DNA of 64,000 nt from Verrucomicrobiota bacterium. Lineage in GTDB: Bacteria; Verrucomicrobiota; Verrucomicrobiia; Limisphaerales; AAA164-E04. Each line of letters starts with the position of its first letter. Position 1 is the first letter of the stretch. Of the stretch, positions 56,692 to 64,000 are shown piece by piece. The notes below the pieces were generated by a model. It was not told the origin of the DNA. It made no database searches and was given only the letters and a program-made list of their open reading frames with translations. Both the position numbers and the translations under genes were made by a program. Location of the stretch: positions 5,183,641 through 5,247,640 of the forward strand of contig CP170459.1 in NCBI GenBank assembly GCA_047947115.1. Direction: 5' to 3'.

Positions 56692-58320
56692 TTAATTTGG
56701 CTGCACTTCTCCGCACAAGTGAGTCTCGATTCCTAGCGCCTGCATCATGGCAGCCTTGATCCGGCATCCACGATGAGCCTGCTTCTGGTTCGGCGTATAC
56801 ACGACCTGAATGTGATTGGATTTGTGGCGTGCCATCATCTGGTCGCGTGACACCCCCTGAAGCACGGCATGCATGATGGGCCACTGCGGGGTTGTTTCCT
56901 GCCAGCGACGTTCGGTTTCGGCTTCGGGCAACTTGACCACTTCAGCCACCCCCAGGTCGCACTGGAGTTTACCATCCATCACAAACACACGACTCCAAAC
57001 AATCCAGCCGGGTTTCGAAACACCCTTGACCGTGCCACCTCCCAGACGGAAATACATGGCTGGTTGACGTTCGCTGGACGTTCCTCGATAGCCACCCATG
57101 AAGTGTGCGGGAGGCGCCGCGCCACTGATGAGGAACACCCAGACGTAATCATTGATCCCCTTGCCCTTGTAATGAGCCCCCCAGCGCAAATCATGCAAGG
57201 TCGTTTCCGGAGCCCAACCCAGTTGATTCCACAGACGATTTGTCACCAGAGCATCAAGCCCGGCACATTCATCGACTTCGTTGAAATGTGGAATGGCGCT
57301 TTTCTTGTAGAGTTCACGGCCGGTTTCGGGATCCTTCACAGGAGGACGATCCGTGTTGTTCAACAGCCCCTCCACCAAGTCACTTGCAGGAAGCAGGTCT
57401 TTGAGACCTTGTTGATATTGAATACCGATGGTGTCGCAGCCGAAAGTGTCCGCAATCCGAACCGCGGCAATATACATCTTGCACTGCAGCAGAATCTGAG
57501 ACTCCGTAAGCTCGGTTTCTTCGTTCTGGCCGAGCTGAAACTTCATCCCCTTCTTCTGCAACCAACTGTAAACCGCCTGGGCTTCCTTGTCCGATACCTC
57601 TCGCGATGCGGCATACAAAGCGGATTGGCTGAGACGCTCTTTGAAAACTCCGACAGGATTGAGCAGCTCATCGGGAATGATGGCATTGTGCATGCCCATG
57701 CAACCCTCGTCGAACACGCCCATAATGGCCTTCTGCCCATGCAGATCATCAGCCGCTTGGCGTCCCAAAGCAGCTTCATCAGCAGGCAACTTGATCAGGT
57801 TCAAAGGGCGCACATGGCTTTGATCGTGATCGATGGTTCCCTCTTCAAGCCACTGACGCAATCCGTTCAAGAAAAAACCATCTTTGAAATCTTCACTCCA
57901 GAGCGTGCTGTAGGATACACCCATCTTGGTCAGGGAACCGTTCAAATTCAACATGCCTACCAATCCCGGCCAGGTGCCACTCCAGTTGGCAACCGTCAGG
58001 ATGGGAGCGCGATGTGTGAACAAACCGGGCAGGATGTGCTGACTGTATTGCCAGACGGATTCGGCTACAATCAAGGGAGTGGTCGGATCGATGGAACGAA
58101 AGACCTCCAACCCCATCTTCTGGGAATCAATGAAGCCGTGCTTCTTCGTAGCGTCGTAGGCATGGGCTCGCACGACTTTCCACCCTTCTTTACGCAGAGC
58201 GCGCGTGAGGGTGTCTTCCATCTTTTTCTGCTCTTTCCAACACTTCTGATTGGCGGAAAGGCGCAGGTCACCATTGGCGATCAAATAAACCGAACGAGAT
58301 TTGGATGTCTTCTTGCTCAT
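56692..58320 (-). CDS. L-fucose/L-arabinose isomerase-like family protein
   Basis: 542 aa. The N-terminal [15 protein letters not shown]... layout and overall size resemble COG2407-type sugar isomerases. By resemblance only. Confidence 0.4.
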   Translation of the reverse strand: MSKKTSKSRSVYLIANGDLRLSANQKCWKEQKKMEDTLTRALRKEGWKVVRAHAYDATKKHGFIDSQKMGLEVFRSIDPTTPLIVAESVWQYSQHILPGLFTHRAPILTVANWSGTWPGLVGMLNLNGSLTKMGVSYSTLWSEDFKDGFFLNGLRQWLEEGTIDHDQSHVRPLNLIKLPADEAALGRQAADDLHGQKAIMGVFDEGCMGMHNAIIPDELLNPVGVFKERLSQSALYAASREVSDKEAQAVYSWLQKKGMKFQLGQNEETELTESQILLQCKMYIAAVRIADTFGCDTIGIQYQQGLKDLLPASDLVEGLLNNTDRPPVKDPETGRELYKKSAIPHFNEVDECAGLDALVTNRLWNQLGWAPETTLHDLRWGAHYKGKGINDYVWVFLISGAAPPAHFMGGYRGTSSERQPAMYFRLGGGTVKGVSKPGWIVWSRVFVMDGKLQCDLGVAEVVKLPEAETERRWQETTPQWPIMHAVLQGVSRDQMMARHKSNHIQVVYTPNQKQAHRGCRIKAAMMQALGIETHLCGEVQPN

Positions 58321-58437
58321 AGATAATGTCCGTAATGCGAGAGAGTGTAGGACATTTTGAACAATAAACCAGATTTATCCGACAGCGGGCAACCAACAGA
58401 ATAGTCGTGCATTTTCAAAAAAAAGTGCCAGGATCGG

Positions 58438-58460
58438 ATAAGGGCAAAGGATGCCCTTAT
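58438..58460 (+). promoter_or_regulatory. perfect 9-bp inverted repeat (hairpin or operator) just upstream of the RBS of the LCCL-protein gene
   Basis: ATAAGGGCAaaggaTGCCCTTAT, followed by gacAGGAGGcccgtATG (ATG 58475). Confidence 0.5.
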
Positions 58461-58474
58461 GACAGGAGGCCCGT

Positions 58475-61084
58475 ATGAATCGCCACTTACTTTTTCAAAA
58501 TGCATGGGTGTGGATATTTCTTTACCTCACATGGTTCCCCATTTGCTCGAATGCTCAGGAAAGCGAGATTTACAACAATGGGAACATAGCCTCTGTGATC
58601 AACAACCCCGACAGCCCAACCGTTTTCAATCTGGAACATCCAACCTTTGTCTCGTATGTAAGCACCTACCACTGGAATTTTGCCAAGGGCGCCACGCCGG
58701 GGACCATCGCCCTCCGTTCCGCTGAAGGCATCACCTACGGCCCCTGGAACGCAAGTGGGCGCGACGGGCAGGGAAATGTGGTTGGAGCGAACTGGGATAC
58801 CCGCCCCAACATCCTGCTTCCAATGGGTGTCTATACAGTGATCGATTCCGACCCGTCAACATGGTCGCAAAACAATGGTTCCGGCAATAAAGGTTTTGTG
58901 ACGGTCCGAGGTGTGGTGTTGGCGAATCAAATTGTCAAATCGGACAATCAATTCCCCATCACGATTTTTGACAACAACAACAAAGCCGCCGTTCTCAACG
59001 GCCCTACCTCCCCCACCCGGTTCGAAATCAAGGAATTCGCATTGATCACTTTTATCAGCACTTACCATTGGAATTTTGGATCCGGTGCGACTCCCTGCAT
59101 TCTCTCGCTGAAAAACGAACAAGGCGCGACTTTCGGTCCCTGGAACGTCACTCCTCGTGCTGGTCAAAACAACACCCCCAATGCAAATTGGGATGCCAGG
59201 CCTAACGAGATTTTGCCACCTGGTCTGTATACCGTTATGGATTCCGATCCGGACACCTGGTCACGCAACTCAGATTCAAACAACCAGGGATTCGCGAACA
59301 TCCAGGGAATCCCGCTCAGCTCAGGCACCACCTCCTTTCAAAAGGAATTCGAACTGGCGCTGGGACTGAAAACCACCTGGACGCTGAGCGGAGAATCCAA
59401 CTGGTTCACCCAAAGCAGCGAAACCAAATCCGGCGAAACCGCTCTCCAAAGCGGCTCCATCGGGCACGGACAGGTTTCACGCCTTCAAACTACCTTGCGA
59501 GGCCCCGGTGAACTTTCCTATTTCTGGAAAGCTTCTTCTGAAGGAGCCGATTCACTGATCCTGATCATGGACGGAGAATCGGTCACCTGGATCAGCGGTG
59601 AAACGGACTGGCAGGAAGTGCGAATCCCCATACGCTGGGGGGAAAATGAACTTGCATGGGAATATCGCAAGGATGGCTCGGTCGACCGGGGCGCCGATGC
59701 GGTTTGGCTGGATGAGGTCAATTATATCCCGGTGGAATTGATCGACCTGGAGGAGGCACTAATTTATGCACCACACCCCATTAAGACCAGCGAAGTAAGT
59801 CCATGGTTTGGACAGAAGAAAGAGCTTTATCAGGGCCAACCCGCAGCCCAAACCGGAAACATCGACCATCAACAATCCACCCGAATGACCATGACCGTGG
59901 AAGGTCCGGGCTTCTTGAGTTGGGCCTGGAAATCGTCCACGGAACCTTCGGACCGCATTCGATTACTCGATGGCGAGAACGTCCTGGCCAGTATCGGCGG
60001 TGAAAACGACTGGAGCACGGAAAGCCGTTCTTTACGCTGGGGAACCCATCAGCTCAGCTGGGAATACGCAAAGGATGGCAACGTCAGCCTATATGAAGAC
60101 GCCGGCTGGGTGTCAGCAATTTCATATGCACAGGTGATTCTATCGGATCTACCCACCGCACTCAATCACACCAAAACAACCTGGACAACGGACACGGAAC
60201 GCCCGTGGTTTGGTCAATCGGCTGTCGCCATTGAAGATGGATTTTCGGCTCAATCCGGAAATATTTCACACAATCAGGCAACCCAGATCTCAACAACCAT
60301 TCCTGGTCCCGCTCATCTCATTTTCCATTGGAAGGCTTCCACCGAAGGGGCCGACAGATGCACCTTTGCCATCAATGGCAACAATCTCTCAAGTATTTCG
60401 GGAGAAACAGACTGGCAACAGTTGGTTTACTACCTGAACGAAGGTCCCAATGACTTGGCATGGACCTATCAAAAGGACGGAAACATAGATGCCGGCTTTG
60501 ACGCTGTTTGGCTGGATCAAATCCAGACCACACCTCCCGACCATATCCGATTGCCAGTGGTTCCGACCGTGCCACCGGATGGAGGGATCGTACAACTCAG
60601 GTCCGCACAGGGTCAGGTGTTTTTGTTCGAAATCACCGGTTCAACCGATGGCAGCATCTGGGGCACGGACATTTATACCGACGATTCCAACTTGGCCAAG
60701 GCAGCCGTTCATGCAGGCATTCTCGCACCAGGTGAAACAGGCGTCGTCAAAACCATCATCCTCCCAGGCATGACTCAATACGAGGCATCCGAACGCCACG
60801 GAGTACAAAGCAACACGTATGGGAACTGGGCTGGAAGTTATCGGTTGGAAGGCTACATGCCTGCCACGGATACCGTTCCCACACTCGTCACGCAATTGAT
60901 CAATGCGAGTTTGATTTTGACCTGGAATGGAGACCCTGATGATTGGAATCTCTTTGTTACCCCTTCGTTGACACCACCGGTTCAATGGAAACTCAGCGAT
61001 GCAACGGTTGAGTGGTCAAACGATGTCAACACCGTACATTTGCCAACAGAAGAAAAGGCTCAGTTTTTCCAACTTTCAAGGTGA
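58475..61084 (+). CDS. secreted multi-repeat protein with C-terminal LCCL-like domain
   Basis: 869 aa with a signal peptide. It has 2 copies of a ~115-aa module (STYHWNF..G(P)WN..ANWD.RPN..LP.G.YTV.DSDP.TWS.N) and 3 copies of a ~125-aa module (W..Q....G..A.QSG.I.H.Q...GPG.L.F.WK.S.E..D...(G)E.DW....L..G...L.W.Y.KDG). An LCCL-like domain follows (IWGTDIYTDDSNLAKAAVHAGILAPGETGVVKTIILPG..YEASERHGVQS..YGNWAGSYRLE). The protein ends in a beta-rich tail, ..AQFFQLSR. Confidence 0.75.
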   Translation: MNRHLLFQNAWVWIFLYLTWFPICSNAQESEIYNNGNIASVINNPDSPTVFNLEHPTFVSYVSTYHWNFAKGATPGTIALRSAEGITYGPWNASGRDGQGNVVGANWDTRPNILLPMGVYTVIDSDPSTWSQNNGSGNKGFVTVRGVVLANQIVKSDNQFPITIFDNNNKAAVLNGPTSPTRFEIKEFALITFISTYHWNFGSGATPCILSLKNEQGATFGPWNVTPRAGQNNTPNANWDARPNEILPPGLYTVMDSDPDTWSRNSDSNNQGFANIQGIPLSSGTTSFQKEFELALGLKTTWTLSGESNWFTQSSETKSGETALQSGSIGHGQVSRLQTTLRGPGELSYFWKASSEGADSLILIMDGESVTWISGETDWQEVRIPIRWGENELAWEYRKDGSVDRGADAVWLDEVNYIPVELIDLEEALIYAPHPIKTSEVSPWFGQKKELYQGQPAAQTGNIDHQQSTRMTMTVEGPGFLSWAWKSSTEPSDRIRLLDGENVLASIGGENDWSTESRSLRWGTHQLSWEYAKDGNVSLYEDAGWVSAISYAQVILSDLPTALNHTKTTWTTDTERPWFGQSAVAIEDGFSAQSGNISHNQATQISTTIPGPAHLIFHWKASTEGADRCTFAINGNNLSSISGETDWQQLVYYLNEGPNDLAWTYQKDGNIDAGFDAVWLDQIQTTPPDHIRLPVVPTVPPDGGIVQLRSAQGQVFLFEITGSTDGSIWGTDIYTDDSNLAKAAVHAGILAPGETGVVKTIILPGMTQYEASERHGVQSNTYGNWAGSYRLEGYMPATDTVPTLVTQLINASLILTWNGDPDDWNLFVTPSLTPPVQWKLSDATVEWSNDVNTVHLPTEEKAQFFQLSR

Positions 61085-61184
61085 AACACCTGCCCTTGAC
61101 ACACTGTAAAAAAGGGGATTGCTTTAACCTCATAAAACCATCAATGGTTTCTGGATTAAATTCATTCTGAACTCCAGAAAGCAC

Positions 61185-64000
61185 ATGAAACCCCGATCCA
61201 AGAACCGCATTCAGGGCCACAAATCCATCGAACTGGATTGCATCCAAATCCAGGGTGCCCGCGAGCATAATCTCAAGAACATCGACCTAAAGTTGCCCAA
61301 AAAGAAATTTGTGGTGATCACCGGGGTTTCGGGTTCAGGCAAATCGAGTTTGGCTTTTGACACGATTTTTGCGGAAGGACAACGTCGTTATGTCGAATCC
61401 CTTTCGGCCTACGCCCGGCAATTTATCGGGCAAATGGAGAAACCCAAATTTAACACGATCAAAGGGTTGTCCCCGACCATTTCCATCGATCAAAAGGCCG
61501 CCAGCCGAAACCCACGTTCCACGGTTGGCACGATCACGGAAATTTACGATTACCTGCGAGTTCTGTTTGCCCGGCTTGGAACGCAATATTGCATCAAGTG
61601 CGAAAAACCCGTTGGACGAAGTCACGCTCAATCCATGGTGAACCAAATCCTGAACATACCGGAAAACACCAGGTTGCTGCTACTGGCGCCTTTGATCGAG
61701 AACCGAAAGGGGGAACATCGCGAACGTCTGGCTCAGTTGGTCACGGATGGATTCTCACGCGTTCGGATTGACGGAGTGATCTACCCGCTGGACTCATTAC
61801 CAACACTCGACAAACGCAAGAAACACTCCATCGAAATCGTGGTGGACCGCCTGGCCATCCGAAACCAAAAGGATTTTCATCAACGCGTCACCGATTCCGT
61901 CGAACAATGCCTCAAAGTGGGCAATGGACGCATGATCGTTCACATTGTGGACCGCGAGGACCTGACCATGAGCGAGAACCGATCCTGTTGTGATCATGCC
62001 TACCCCGACCTCGATCCCCCGCTCTTTTCATTCAACGCCCCCCAGGGCATGTGTCCGTCCTGCAATGGCATCGGCACCCACCTGGCCATCGATCCGGACA
62101 AGGTCGTTCCTGACAAAACACTCAGCATCCGCGAAGGTGCCATTGTCCCCTTGAAGAATTACTTCGACAGCAAAAAAGGTCCCAAACAATCATGGGGAGC
62201 CCGTCAACTTCATGCCATGGAGAAACAATGGAAACTCAACTTCGACAAACCCTGGAACAAACTCTCAAAAAACGAACGGGATATCCTGCTGCACGGTTCC
62301 AATGGGAAGGAATTCCAAGTGAAATGGAATTCCGAAAAGATCAAGGCAGATGTCAACATGGCATGGGAAGGCGTGCTCAAAACCATGATGCGCCGATATG
62401 AATACACGCAATCAGAACAACAGAAAAAGTTCTACCAATCCTTCATGGCCGAGCAGCCTTGCCAGGATTGCCACGGTCGTCGACTCAATGCCAAAGCCGC
62501 ACACGTGCGCCTCCAAGGTAAATCCATCTGCGACCTGGTGGAAATGACCATTGGCGAAGCCTATGAGTTCATGAAATCCCTGCACTTCGAGGATAATGAC
62601 CATTTGATCGGAGAAGAATTGGTCAAAGAGATTTCAAATCGACTCAAATTCCTTGTCAACGTGGGGCTGGATTATCTGAGTCTATCCAGAAAAGGACCGA
62701 CCCTGTCAGGCGGAGAATCCCAACGCATCCGACTGGCTTCACAGGTGGGTTCGGAATTGACCGGGGTTCTGTACATCCTGGATGAACCCTCCATCGGCCT
62801 GCATCAACGCGACAACATCCGCCTCCTCGAAACACTGGCACACCTGAGGGACATCGGCAATTCACTGGTCGTGATCGAGCATGACCGTGACACCATGGAA
62901 GCCGCCGACTGGATCGTCGACATGGGCCCGGGCGCGGGCTTGTTGGGCGGACAGGTCGTCGCCGAGGGAACACCCGCATCCATCAAAAGAAACCCTGCAT
63001 CAGCCACGGGACGTTTCCTATCTGGAAAGCAATCCATTTCCCTTCCCGCCAAACGCCGGGAACCTTCCAAAGAGACGAATCGATACATCACGATCTGGGA
63101 AGCTACGGAGAACAACCTCAAAGGCATGGATGTCCGAATTCCTCTCGGCCTTTTCGTGGCGGTCAGTGGCGTATCCGGCGCAGGAAAATCAAGCCTGATC
63201 AATCGCATTCTTTACCCGGCCTTGTCACGTCACCTTCACGGTTCGACTCAAAAAGTAGGGAAACATGGCGGCATCGATGGTCTGGATCAAATCGACAAAA
63301 TCATCAATATCGACCAATCCCCCATTGGCCGGACCCCCCGCAGCAATCCTGCCACCTACACCAAAGTGTTCGACCTCATCCGCGATCTGTTTGCCATGCT
63401 GCCCGAGGCAAGAGCGGCGGGTTACCAAAAAGGCCGCTTTTCATTCAACGTCAAAGGCGGACGTTGCGAAGAATGCCGTGGGGACGGTTCGATCAAAGTT
63501 GAAATGCATTTCCTGGCGGATGTTTACGTCCCCTGCCAGACTTGTCATGGCAGGCAATTCAACGACGCCACCCTGGACATCACCTTCAAAGGCCATTCCA
63601 TCGCACAAGTGCTGGATTTATCTGTCGAACAAGCCCGCGATCTTTTTGAAAACCAACCCAAGATAGCAACCATCCTGGGGACACTGATCGATGTCGGCCT
63701 GGGATATATCAAGTTGGGACAATCGGCACTCACCTTGTCAGGAGGCGAAGCAAAACGCGTCAAACTGGCCCGTGAACTGGCCAAGCGCGAAACCGGCCGT
63801 ACCCTTTATCTGCTCGATGAACCGACCACCGGACTCCATTTCCAGGACATTCAAAAACTCCTGATGGTTCTTCATCAACTCGTCGAAGCAGGCAATTCCG
63901 TCATCGTCATTGAGCACAATCTCGACGTCATCAAAGTCGCCGACTGGATCATCGACATGGGTCCCGAAGGCGGCCACGCCGGAGGCCAAATCGTCGCGGA
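61185..64000 (+). CDS. uvrA: excinuclease ABC subunit UvrA, partial (C-terminus outside the window)
   Basis: Not in the ORF track (no stop in the window). From ATG 61185: [80 protein letters not shown]. Also present are Zn-finger Cys pairs, the [12 protein letters not shown] signature, a second Walker A ([12 protein letters not shown]), and ..[13 protein letters not shown] at the window end. Confidence 0.93.
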   Translation, partial: MKPRSKNRIQGHKSIELDCIQIQGAREHNLKNIDLKLPKKKFVVITGVSGSGKSSLAFDTIFAEGQRRYVESLSAYARQFIGQMEKPKFNTIKGLSPTISIDQKAASRNPRSTVGTITEIYDYLRVLFARLGTQYCIKCEKPVGRSHAQSMVNQILNIPENTRLLLLAPLIENRKGEHRERLAQLVTDGFSRVRIDGVIYPLDSLPTLDKRKKHSIEIVVDRLAIRNQKDFHQRVTDSVEQCLKVGNGRMIVHIVDREDLTMSENRSCCDHAYPDLDPPLFSFNAPQGMCPSCNGIGTHLAIDPDKVVPDKTLSIREGAIVPLKNYFDSKKGPKQSWGARQLHAMEKQWKLNFDKPWNKLSKNERDILLHGSNGKEFQVKWNSEKIKADVNMAWEGVLKTMMRRYEYTQSEQQKKFYQSFMAEQPCQDCHGRRLNAKAAHVRLQGKSICDLVEMTIGEAYEFMKSLHFEDNDHLIGEELVKEISNRLKFLVNVGLDYLSLSRKGPTLSGGESQRIRLASQVGSELTGVLYILDEPSIGLHQRDNIRLLETLAHLRDIGNSLVVIEHDRDTMEAADWIVDMGPGAGLLGGQVVAEGTPASIKRNPASATGRFLSGKQSISLPAKRREPSKETNRYITIWEATENNLKGMDVRIPLGLFVAVSGVSGAGKSSLINRILYPALSRHLHGSTQKVGKHGGIDGLDQIDKIINIDQSPIGRTPRSNPATYTKVFDLIRDLFAMLPEARAAGYQKGRFSFNVKGGRCEECRGDGSIKVEMHFLADVYVPCQTCHGRQFNDATLDITFKGHSIAQVLDLSVEQARDLFENQPKIATILGTLIDVGLGYIKLGQSALTLSGGEAKRVKLARELAKRETGRTLYLLDEPTTGLHFQDIQKLLMVLHQLVEAGNSVIVIEHNLDVIKVADWIIDMGPEGGHAGGQIVA

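Overview
This is a 64-kb chromosomal window with about 50 intact genes. The gene content points to a PVC-superphylum bacterium, most likely Verrucomicrobiota. That assignment is an inference from DUF1549/DUF1553 + DUF1501 pairs with Tat signals, a Cys-type sulfatase, FG-GAP/ASPIC, DUF1080 and NHL proteins, and large secreted lectin-like proteins. The housekeeping backbone is thrC(partial)-hom, ftsY, nusB, moeB-rhodanese, bamD-lptE, recQ, trpS, rplU-rpmA-obg, argA, aroC, glcEF and uvrA(partial). Four features are absent from the supplied ORF track and were read directly from the DNA: thrC, uvrA, a 48-aa RHH ORF and an ABC-ATPase stump. I saw no rRNA, tRNA, CRISPR array, transposase or integrase. 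The main non-standard signals are these. (1) A 207-210 bp intergenic element with terminal inverted repeats occurs three times. Two roughly 93% identical direct copies bracket a sulfatase gene, and a diverged third copy lies upstream of a DUF1549/1553 gene. Differences between copies tend to respect small hairpins. (2) A dispersed heptanucleotide satellite (ATGGTGA/ATAATGA type) sits at three gene boundaries and misleads start-codon calling. (3) A decaying, apparently AT-richer locus lies between trpS and rplU. It holds a polytopic membrane protein fused to a 7-bladed RCC1-like propeller that is readable only through two compensating frameshifts at G-runs. Next to it are a short stump of its ABC ATPase, a small 4-TM ORF and an orphan DUF1778-like RHH remnant. 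(4) Several domain architectures are unusual: a NanM-like Kelch propeller fused to an SSS transporter, an LCCL-containing multi-repeat secreted protein, a tandemly duplicated CBM9-like module, and Obg with an acidic insert. I could not identify a complete, clearly novel multi-gene system. The repeat family and the degraded transporter locus are the best leads. All functional calls come from motif recognition by eye, not from database searches.
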